The notes beneath the pieces were generated by a model. It worked only from the letters and a program-made list of their open reading frames with translations, did no database searches and was not told the origin of the DNA. This document shows, piece by piece, positions 1 to 7,690 of a stretch of DNA of 64,000 nt (the stretch's first letter is position 1; the number at the start of each line of letters is the position of its first letter). A program made the position numbers and the translations under genes. Where the stretch lies: contig JBHJNQ010000046.1 in NCBI GenBank assembly GCA_050330635.1, positions 2,808-66,807 of the forward strand, written 5' to 3'. The stretch is from Acidimicrobiales bacterium (GTDB lineage Bacteria; Actinomycetota; Acidimicrobiia; Acidimicrobiales; SZUA-35).

Positions 1-526
1 TGTCGGGCGACGGTACCTGCACGCCACCGGCCCGATCAGAGTCAAAGGACCCGGAGCGGCCGCAGGCCGTATCGAGCCAGCCATTTCTCACCCGCTGCTG
101 GCCAACCGGGAGGTCGGTGCTGGGCCGGCGGTTGAGCTCGTCGAGGACGGCCGGGTCGAACCATTTCTCCACCAGTTCCCGGCTGTCGGTCTGGAGGCAC
201 AGGTTGTCGTACTGGAGGGCGACGTCCGCCGGCGTCGGCAGGCCGGCCGCCACGGTAGGCCCGGTGGTCGTGGCGGTGGTGGCGGACGTGGCGACCGTCG
301 ACGAGGCGATCGTGGTGGTCGCCCCCGTCGTCGGGGTCGTGGCCGACGAGGCGGGTATGGCCTCGCCAGTCGTGGTCGACGCCGAGGTCGACGACGCAGC
401 CGGGTCCGTCGTCGACCCGACGGTCGACGACGTGGTGACCACGGCGGCGGTGGCACGACCAAAGTCGTCGTCCCCACCCCCGCACGCCGTGGCCAGGACG
501 GTGACGACGAGGACCCGGCGTCGCGT
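1..526 (-). CDS. putative secreted lipoprotein, partial (3' end runs off the window start); start codon unresolved
   Basis: The minus frame reads RRRVLVVTVLATAC-GGGDDDFG (lipobox LATAC), then a Thr/Ser-rich linker, then ...ALQYDNLCLQTDSRELVEKWFDPAVLDELN. An in-frame TGA lies at 544..542. The only codon at the expected Met position is ACG (526..524). The ATG at 545 is in another frame. Confidence 0.35.
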
Positions 527-667
527 ACCGGTGCCAGCTCCTCATCTCGCTCCTTCATTCGCTCGGGCGCCGAGACCGTACCCCCGACACCGGGGGATTC
601 GACGACCACCGGATGGTTCGCCCAGGGACACGGAATGTGACGCTTTCGAACGACGTAGGATCTGGCC

Positions 668-1441
668 ATGGCTGACCCGTCGTCCTCGTCCCCGCTGCCC
701 CTGCCCCGGACCGTCGTGCTCGTCCACGGCGCCTTCCACGGGGCGTGGTGCTGGGCCGGGTTGCAGGCCGCGCTCGACCGGCGCGGTGTCCCGTCGTTCG
801 CCGTCGACCTCCCGGGCCACGGGGTGTCGACCGAGCCGCTGGCCGACCTCCACGGCGACGCCGAGGCCGTGTCGGCGGTGGTGGCCCGATTGGCCGACGA
901 GGGGGCAGACGAGCTCGTCCTCGTCGGCCACTCCTACGGCGGGGCGGTGATCAGCCAGGCCGAGCTGGGGGGCCGGGTGAACCATCTCGTCTACCTGTCG
1001 GCCCTGGTGCCGGACGAGGGTCAGGACCCGTCGTCGGTCATGGCCGGCTTCCCCCCGCCGCCCACGGGGACGGCGTCGGGTGGGGCGTCGCAGGGAAGCG
1101 GGCTGTTCGTGCGCAACTCCGATGGCACCATGGGCGCCGATCCGGCGCTGGGTCGACCGGTGTTCTACAACACGTGCACGGCGGAGCAGGCGGCGGCGGC
1201 CGTGGCCCGGCTGGGCCCGCAGCGGGCCGCCACGTTCAAGCAGCCCTCGACGAGGGCCAACTGGCGGACGGTACCGTCGACCTACATCCGCTGCCTCCAG
1301 GACAAGGCGGTGCCCCTGGGTGGTCAGGACGCCATGGCCGAGCGGTGCAACGACGTGGTCGACATCGACACCGATCACTCACCGTTCCTGTGCGCCCCCG
1401 ACCGGCTGGCCGATCTGCTGGTGCCCCTGGCGGGCCGATAG
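668..1441 (+). CDS. alpha/beta-fold hydrolase (esterase-like)
   Basis: 257-aa ORF starting at ATG. The N-terminal VVLVHGAFHGAWCW and the nucleophile elbow VGHSYGG are typical of alpha/beta hydrolases. Confidence 0.85.
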   Translation: MADPSSSSPLPLPRTVVLVHGAFHGAWCWAGLQAALDRRGVPSFAVDLPGHGVSTEPLADLHGDAEAVSAVVARLADEGADELVLVGHSYGGAVISQAELGGRVNHLVYLSALVPDEGQDPSSVMAGFPPPPTGTASGGASQGSGLFVRNSDGTMGADPALGRPVFYNTCTAEQAAAAVARLGPQRAATFKQPSTRANWRTVPSTYIRCLQDKAVPLGGQDAMAERCNDVVDIDTDHSPFLCAPDRLADLLVPLAGR

Positions 1442-1463
1442 GCCCGGCCAGGGCCGGGGCCGA

Positions 1464-2357
1464 TCAGGTCGTGGCCACGGGAGCGGTGGCCTCCACCTCG
1501 CAGGCGGTGCTGAGCTGGCGCATGAGGCGACGCTGGCCCGGGTCCCAGGAGTCGCGGCGGTGCATGGTGCCGAGGGTGTCGAACATGACGAGGTCGCCGA
1601 CCTCCCAGTCGTGGGCGTAGACCCGCTCGGGGCGGGTGGCGTGGAGGTGGAGCTCCTTGAGTAGGGCGCTGCTCTCGGGCCGGTCCATGCCGACGATGCG
1701 GCGGGTGATGCCGCGCGAGACGTAGAGGAGCTCGTCGCCAGTGTCGGGGTGGCGGACCACCACGGGGTGCTCGGCCTCGGGGATGGCGGGGCGCTCGATG
1801 CCCTGGGCGGTGTCGCGCTCGACCTTGGCCTCGAAGCCCTTGTCGGGCTCGGCCATGTAGTCGGCGATGCTGTGGGTGGCCCGCAGGCCCCGGAGGCGGT
1901 CCTGGAGCTTCGGGTCGAGGGTCTCGAACGCCCGGTACATGTCGGTGAAGTAGGTGCGGGGCGGCTCGGCCGGCAGCTCGACGGCGTTGAGGAAGCTCGT
2001 CTTGCCCGGCGTGGCGACGTAGGAGTAATCGGCGTGCCATTCGAGGTCGGTGGCTCCCTCCACCCCGAGGCGGGTGCCGTCCCGGCCCCGGATGTTGGTG
2101 ACGGGCAGGATCTCCGGCAGGGCACCGGCGTTGCGGAACCACTCCGAGCCCTTGATCGGCTGACCGAAGCGCTCGACGAAGCCGACCAGCTCGTCGTCGG
2201 TCGGTTGGGGCTGGCCCCGGAACACGAGCACCCGGTGGCGGTGGAGAGCGGCCAGGATCTCGTCGCGCTCGGCGTCGTCGAGCGGCTCCGACGGCTCCCA
2301 GCCGCCGACCAGGGCTCCCAGCGGCGCATCGGGCAGGGGCGTGATCTCGAGCTGCAT
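1464..2357 (-). CDS. TauD/TfdA-family Fe(II)/2-oxoglutarate-dependent dioxygenase
   Basis: The start was trimmed to ATG at 2357 (MQLEITPL...). The motif LEWHADYSY carries the HxD iron ligands, followed by ...HRRD. The upstream 113 aa of the track ORF are low-complexity. Confidence 0.85.
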   Translation of the reverse strand: MQLEITPLPDAPLGALVGGWEPSEPLDDAERDEILAALHRHRVLVFRGQPQPTDDELVGFVERFGQPIKGSEWFRNAGALPEILPVTNIRGRDGTRLGVEGATDLEWHADYSYVATPGKTSFLNAVELPAEPPRTYFTDMYRAFETLDPKLQDRLRGLRATHSIADYMAEPDKGFEAKVERDTAQGIERPAIPEAEHPVVVRHPDTGDELLYVSRGITRRIVGMDRPESSALLKELHLHATRPERVYAHDWEVGDLVMFDTLGTMHRRDSWDPGQRRLMRQLSTACEVEATAPVATT

Positions 2358-2520
2358 GACGGGACCTCCCGGACCGGGGCAGCGCCGACCGACAGCCGAT
2401 CCGACGACGGCCCCCTCCGGCCCGACACTACCCCCGGTGGCCGGCGGCCTCCCAGACCGGGCCACCGCCGCCTCGGCGATCGGCGCCTCGCCGGCCCCGG
2501 CCGACTCCGGCTCCCTCGGG

Positions 2521-2610
2521 CGGTGGCGGGCCGAGGCCATCACGCTCATGAAACTGCTGTGGACCGGTGACCTCTCCACCTTCCGGGGCGAGTGGTACGA
2601 GGCCCAGCAC
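2521..2610 (+). pseudogene. orphan fragment resembling the mid-region of a luciferase-like (LLM) flavin/F420 oxidoreductase
   Basis: The peptide RWRAEAITLMKLLWTGDLSTFRGEWYEAQH resembles the 'LW-G-x-vsF-G-x-Y' segment of LLM enzymes. It also resembles the paralogous stretch at 3790..3880. No start and no remainder of the domain are present. Confidence 0.3.
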
Positions 2611-2823
2611 CAGCGATACCGGCACCGCCAGGCGACACCCGGCGCAGGCGATGACGGTAGACCCGGCTCACCATGGCCTCCGAGGTGCCAGCCCAATCGG
2701 CAACCCCAGCTTGACCGGCCGGCGTCGGCCTGTCACCGCTGCGACCGGTGTGAGCGGCTCGATGAATGGCTACCAGTGGCTACCAGGCTCCGGCGGGGTC
2801 TGGCACCCGCTATCGTGCCTGCC

Positions 2824-2919
2824 GGAGGTGTCCGAGCGCCTGGTGGGCTCCCCCGCCTTCAAAGCGGGTGTACGGTGCGAACCACCGTAGGCGGGTTCGA
2901 TTCCCGTCCACCTCCGCCA
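2824..2919 (+). tRNA. selC: tRNA-Sec (anticodon UCA)
   Basis: Cloverleaf read directly from the sequence. Acceptor GGAGGTG/CACCTCC followed by G-CCA. Anticodon stem CCCGC/GCGGG with loop CTTCAAA (TCA). Long 7-bp variable arm TACGGTG/CACCGTA. T-arm GCGGG-TTCGATT-CCCGT. Total length 96 nt. Confidence 0.9.
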
Positions 2920-3024
2920 AACGGTGTTCCTGCCGCCCGCCGAGCTGTCAGCCCTCCACTGCCAGGGCGCCATGCCCCCGAGGTGGCGGGACCCGGCCGG
3001 CACCGCCCGTGGTACCGTCCGGCC

Positions 3025-3522
3025 ATGGCGCTCGACCCGGTGCCCGGCGACGTCGAGGCGACGATCCCCTCCCCCGCCCAGATCGTGCTCGTCGGGCCCT
3101 CGGCGGCCGGCAAGTCGACGTGGGCCGAGGCCAACTTCCGGGTGGGGCAGGTGCTGTCGAGCGACCAGTTCCGGGCCTTCGTGGGTGCCGGACCCGACGA
3201 CCAGACGGCGGGGACCGAGGCCTTCGCCCTGCTCCATTAGCTGGTGGCGGTCCGGCTGGCCAAGGGCCTGACCACGGTCGTCGACACCCTCGGCCTCGAC
3301 GACGACCTCCGGGCCACCCTCCGCCGCCACGCCCGGGAAGCCGGGCTGGCCTGCGTGGCCGTCGGGTTCGACACTGAGGCCCGGCGGTGCCACGAGCGCT
3401 ACGCAGCGCGGGAGCGCCCGATCCCGAAGTCGGTCCTCGACCGCCAGCTCCGACGGTGGCGCCAAGTCCGGGACGGCCGGGCCGACGAGAGGTTCGACCT
3501 CGTGCTCATCGACCCCGGACCG
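3025..3522 (+). pseudogene. P-loop (AAA_33 / polynucleotide-kinase-like) ATP-binding protein interrupted by an in-frame TAG
   Basis: The first part reads MALDPV...IVLVGPSAAGKSTWAE...TEAFALLH. A TAG follows at 3238..3240. The same frame then continues LVAVRLAKGLTTVVDTLGL...CVAVGFDTEARRCHERYAARERPIPKSVLDRQLRRW. Together the two halves form one kinase-like domain. Confidence 0.6.
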
Positions 3523-3572
3523 GCCCGCCCGGTCACCGGGCCGCTGCGAGCCCCCCGCACACCGGCAAACGC

Positions 3573-4164
3573 CGGGTCGCCGCCCGCACCACCACCTTGC
3601 GGGTCGGCACGCTCGTCACTGGGGTCGAGCACCGCAACGTCGGCCTGCTGGCCAAGATCGTGGCCACCCTCGACGTGGTGTCGGGAGGCCGGGCCGAGTG
3701 CGGGGTGGGCGCCGGCTGGTTCGACGCCGAGCAGGCGGCGTACGGCTACCCGGTCAACCCCGACCGGGTGCGGCTCGACACGCTCGAGGAGGCGTTGCAA
3801 GCCCTGCCGGTGTTGTGGGGCCGGGGTCGAAGTCGTTCGAGGGGCGGTACGTGTCGATACCGGAGGCGCTGGCCTACCCCCGCCCGATCCAGGATCCGGT
3901 GCCGCGGCGATGACCGTGCTGTGGCCCCTCGTCCACGCCCGCACCGGGCGGGAGCTGACCGGCATCGTCGAGCGGCTCGGACCTGGCAACCGGTCGGCCG
4001 AGGCCTTCGCCGAGGCCAACCGGGCCGGCACCACCGACGAGCACGAGCAACGGTTCCGGGTCCTGGCGACCCTCGGCGTGTCCCGAGCCTGCGTCACTCT
4101 CACCGGCAACGACGGCCCGGAGCGGGTCGAGGCCTTCGGCGACGTGATCCGCCGCTTCGAATGA
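3573..4164 (+). pseudogene. LLM-class (F420/flavin) oxidoreductase, N-terminally truncated, frameshifted and internally deleted
   Basis: The homologous sequence hops between frames. Frame 3: LRVGTLVTGVEHRNVGLLAKIVATLDVVSGGRAECGVGAGWFDAEQ...ALPVLWG. Frame 2: GPGSKSFEGRYVSIPEALAYPRPIQDPVP. Frame 1: TVLWPLVHARTGRELTGIVERL...VEAFGDVIRRFE. Confidence 0.6.
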
Positions 4165-4387
4165 CGCGGGACGGCGGTGCAACCACGCCGCCGCAGGCAT
4201 CGGCCAACGCGTCCGCGGACACGTAAGGGTGACGCCACGGCTCGTTGATCAGGCTCGGCCGCTCGAGGCCGCCGTCGCCGGCATCGACACCCACCACCGG
4301 ACCGAGGCGGACGCGATACAGCCGCTTGCCCGCCGGGCATCCCTCCGCCATCGTGGTCGGATCCCGAAGCCCTTTGCAGGAGACGAC

Positions 4388-5074
4388 ATGCACCTTGGAC
4401 TGTCCGCCGACGACGTACTGACCACCACCCGATCGGTCCGCAAGCGCCTCGACTTCGACCGCCCGGTCGAGCGGTCGGTCGTGCTCGAGTGCATCGACAT
4501 CGCCCTCCAGGCCCCCACCGGGTCCAACTCCCAGGGCTGGCAGTGGATGGTCATCGAGGACGCCGACAAGAAGCGGGCCGTGGCCGACGCCTACGCCCGC
4601 AACTTCAACTGGTACGCCTCCCAACCCGGGCGCAGCTACCCCGACGGCGACACCCGGGCCGAACGCCAGGAGCTGGTGCGGTCGTCGGCCACCTACCTGG
4701 CCGAGAACTTCCACCGGGCCCCGTTCCTCGTCATCCCCCTCATCGAGGGCCGCCTCGATGAGGGCCTCGGCACCTTCGCCCAGGCCAGCCAGTGGGGCTC
4801 GATCCTGCCCGCAGTGTGGAGCTTCATGCTCGCTCTCCGGGAGCGGGGCCTCGGCTCGGCCTGGACCACCCTCCACCTGCCGGACGAGCGGGAGGTGGCC
4901 GACCTGCTCGGCATCCCCTTCGACCGCTACACCCAGGCCGGCCTGTTCCCCGTGGCCTACACCAAGGGCACCGACTTCGCCCTGGCCAATCGGCTACCGG
5001 CCGCCCAGCTGACCCACTGGGACACGTTCACCCCACCCGCCCCGAGCGCTCCGTCCGCCACGGCTGACGGCTGA
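4388..5074 (+). CDS. nitroreductase-family oxidoreductase
   Basis: Starts at ATG 4388. RSVRKRLDFDRPV...CIDIALQAPTGSNSQGWQWMVI is typical of the nitroreductase fold. Confidence 0.85.
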   Translation: MHLGLSADDVLTTTRSVRKRLDFDRPVERSVVLECIDIALQAPTGSNSQGWQWMVIEDADKKRAVADAYARNFNWYASQPGRSYPDGDTRAERQELVRSSATYLAENFHRAPFLVIPLIEGRLDEGLGTFAQASQWGSILPAVWSFMLALRERGLGSAWTTLHLPDEREVADLLGIPFDRYTQAGLFPVAYTKGTDFALANRLPAAQLTHWDTFTPPAPSAPSATADG

Positions 5075-5089
5075 CGGCTGACGGCTGAC
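5062..5089. repeat. 4 x 7-nt tandem repeat (GGCTGAC) spanning the nitroreductase stop codon
   Basis: Direct read of ggctgac ggctgac ggctgac ggctgac. The TGA used as the stop (5072..5074) lies inside repeat unit 2. Confidence 0.9.
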
Positions 5090-5097
5090 GGGCCTGC

Positions 5098-5390
5098 TCA
5101 GCGCACCCGGCCGGTCTCGTAGGCCCACATGGCGATCTCCACCCGGTTCCGGGCCCCGAGCTTGGCCATCAGGCTCGCCAGGTGCGACTCGACCGTGCTG
5201 AGGCTGATGTAGAGCTCGTCGGCGATCTCGGCGTTCGTCCGCCCCCGTGCCACCGTGCGCACGACCTCCTCCTCGCGCTCGGTGAGCGGCTCGACCGGTT
5301 CGGCCACCGGCCTCGGTGCCGCGTCGGCGAACGACGCCAGGAGGCGGGCGTGACGCTGGGAGCGATGAGGGCGGCGACGACCCGATCGTC
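5098..5390 (-). pseudogene. remnant of a NarL/LuxR-family response regulator (HTH output domain only)
   Basis: The LuxR HTH is intact: LTEREEEVVRTVARGRTNAEIADELYISLSTVESHLASLMAKLGARNRVE. Upstream, only a linker (RLLASFADAAPRP) and an out-of-frame AALIAPSVTP remain. No receiver domain is present. Confidence 0.6.
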
Positions 5391-5615
5391 AAGATGATGG
5401 GGCTCGGCCTGGCCACGGCCATCCTCGTCGACGCCACCATCGTGCGGGTCGTGCTCGTACCGGCCACCATGACCCTCGTGGGCAACGCCAACTGGTGGCT
5501 GCCCGGATGGCTCGACCGGGTGCTGCCGACCGTCGACATCGACGGGCACTCGGTCCTGCCGCCCGACGCCGGGCCCGGGATTGCCGAGCGGCCGGAACTG
5601 GTCGAGGCGGTCTAG
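5382..5615 (+). pseudogene. C-terminal remnant of an MMPL/RND-type membrane transporter
   Basis: PIVKMMGLGLATAILVDATIVRVVLVPATMTLVGNANWWLPGWLDRVLP matches the conserved MMPL C-terminus. The preceding ~900 aa of such a protein are absent. Confidence 0.6.
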
Positions 5616-5647
5616 CTGGGGTCTAGCTGGCACCAGGGTCGGGGTCG

Positions 5648-6823
5648 TCAGGTGCACGCCCCCGACGACGTCGACGGGTCGCGGGGATCGCCGAGCAGGT
5701 TGACCAGCTCGGCGACGTCGAGGGCGTAGGCGGTGGCCGGTCGGTCGGGGGCGAGGGCGAAGAGCACCCCGACCACCCGACCCGACGGGTCGACCACCGC
5801 GCTGCCCGAGTCGCCGCTGCGGACCTCGGCGGCCAGGATGAGAATCTCGCGGCTGGCCACGCTCCGATCGTAGATGTCACGCCCCACGGCGATCTGGTGA
5901 TCGGCGATCACGGCCGGTGCTATCCGCAGATGGTCCTGACCGCCGGGGAAACCGAACACCGCCGCCTCGGTGCCGTCCTCGGCCGGGCCGAGGGGTAGCG
6001 ACGGGCGGGTCAGCCCGGGAACCCGGAGAAGGGCCAGGTCGGTGCCGACGTCGATGGCCACCAGCTCGGCGTCGAGGCGACTCCCGCCGCCGTCGAGCAC
6101 CACCTCTATCGTCTCGCTCCCGGCCACGACGTGGGCATTGGTGGCCACCAGCTCGGTCTCGACGACGAACCCGCTTCCCTCCCGGATCCCGCCGCAACCG
6201 CGAGTCTCGATGTTCATCGTCGACGGCGCCACGCGGTCGACCACCTCGCGCGACAACCCCAGCTGCTCCGGGGGCGGACCGACCTGGGGGGCGGCCCGCA
6301 GATCGTCGAACACCTCGGGGAAGCCGAAGTCGGTGACCTGCTGGCCGAGATCCCGCACCGAGGCGGGCACCGGCGGAGAGTACTCGTCGATGGCCGACAC
6401 GATGGTGGAACCGCGGGCCAGCCGGGCCGGTGTGCCCGGCATCATGGTCAGGGTCGGCAGCGACAGCCACACCACGATGAGCACCACGGAGACACCGGCG
6501 ACGGCACCGGCAGCCCGGTCGGCGCTCTGCAGACCATCGGGCAGGGTTCGCCGCAACCGGTCGCCGATGCTCAGCCCGATCGTCTGACCGACGACGGCGC
6601 AGAAGGCGACGACCGCCACCGCCGCCAGCAGGCGGATGAACGCATCCTGGTTCTCCACGAGCTCCACGGCGGGCCCGGCCAGGCGGGTGGCGACGAACAG
6701 ACCGACACCCAGCCCGAGCCACGACCACGCCCGGGTCAGCAGGCCGAGCCGGGAGCCGCCGAGGGCGGCGGCGACGATCACCAGGAAGAGACCGACGTCG
6801 AGGAGGGTCACCGCGAGGCCCAC
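5648..6823 (-). CDS. marP: MarP-type membrane serine protease (CvpA-like membrane domain fused to a trypsin-like protease)
   Basis: Four N-terminal hydrophobic helices are followed by a chymotrypsin-fold domain (TNAHVV ... DLALLRV ... GDSGSAVV, the His/Asp/Ser triad). Confidence 0.8.
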   Translation of the reverse strand: MGLAVTLLDVGLFLVIVAAALGGSRLGLLTRAWSWLGLGVGLFVATRLAGPAVELVENQDAFIRLLAAVAVVAFCAVVGQTIGLSIGDRLRRTLPDGLQSADRAAGAVAGVSVVLIVVWLSLPTLTMMPGTPARLARGSTIVSAIDEYSPPVPASVRDLGQQVTDFGFPEVFDDLRAAPQVGPPPEQLGLSREVVDRVAPSTMNIETRGCGGIREGSGFVVETELVATNAHVVAGSETIEVVLDGGGSRLDAELVAIDVGTDLALLRVPGLTRPSLPLGPAEDGTEAAVFGFPGGQDHLRIAPAVIADHQIAVGRDIYDRSVASREILILAAEVRSGDSGSAVVDPSGRVVGVLFALAPDRPATAYALDVAELVNLLGDPRDPSTSSGACT

Positions 6824-7113
6824 CGGTCATCGTGGGCGGAGGCGGCCGAGGTCGTGCCCCCTGGGGCCAGCCCGCCGCCGGTTCTGTTCGTGAGCCCGCC
6901 TGTGCGCCCGTTCATGAGTCCGCCTCGAGTCCGCCGATGCCCCATCATGCCCGCCCCGACGGGAGGGGACGTCGCGGTACCGAGTCGACCCAACCGGCAG
7001 GTCCGACGTGGGGTGGACCCGGCGCGGTCGAGTGGGGTCGCCGCGTCGAGCGGTTGGACGGACGTCGACAGGGTAGACCGTTCGGACCACAACGCTTGGC
7101 GAAGGACTCCACC

Positions 7114-7350
7114 ATGACGACCAATGAACGACCAGCCGACGAAGCCACAAGCTCCGAGGTCGGCGACGACGACGGACACAACCCCGACAAGGCGAAGGGC
7201 GACGATCAGGGGGGCTCCTTCGAGATCAACGACGCTGCGCCCAACGAGTCCGATGAGGAGGAGAAGGACGGCGTGCACAGCCGCTCCGGTGATCGCCTAC
7301 AGGGAGGGTCGTGGCAGATCAACGAGAACACCAAGGAGCACGAGGGGTAG
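7114..7350 (+). CDS. small acidic hypothetical protein (78 aa)
   Basis: ATG preceded by GAAGGA. Coding-like, non-shadow composition. Carries an internal repeat, QGGSFEIND / QGGSWQINE. Confidence 0.45.
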   Translation: MTTNERPADEATSSEVGDDDGHNPDKAKGDDQGGSFEINDAAPNESDEEEKDGVHSRSGDRLQGGSWQINENTKEHEG

Positions 7351-7690
7351 CACGCCCGAGCCCGATCGGGCCGAGGCCGCCGGGATAGCGTCGGCTCGCT
7401 GGCGCCGACGGGCATGGAGAACGACCTGGAACCTGGGACGGGGTTGCGTCCCACCTCGATCCGGGCGTTGCGTTCCCTGTCCCCACGTCGCTCCCCTGCT
7501 GGCCGTCTACCTCGACGGCGGGCTCTACCAGCGGGTCCGGCCCCGGTTCCGGGAGATGGGGCGCCCGGTGGGGGCTAAACTCGAACGCCTGGCGTCGGGC
7601 CTGGTGGCGCAACCCCGAGCCGGGTGCCGACGACCGGCGGGCCGGCCCCGAGCCTGGCCGGGCAGGGACGCCCCACCGTAGGCTCCGGCC

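Noticed and set aside
2920-5700. A possible genomic island or prophage integrated at tRNA-Sec.
   Set aside because: I found no integrase, transposase, phage genes or direct repeat of the tRNA 3' end, and no clear compositional shift. Only pseudogene fragments are present, and these are reported separately as a finding.
7351-7690. A 340-nt gap upstream of the first carboxyltransferase, examined for an ncRNA or small ORF.
   Set aside because: There is only a short 4-bp palindrome (GCCCGATCGGGC) after the preceding stop. I found no convincing structure, motif or non-shadow ORF.
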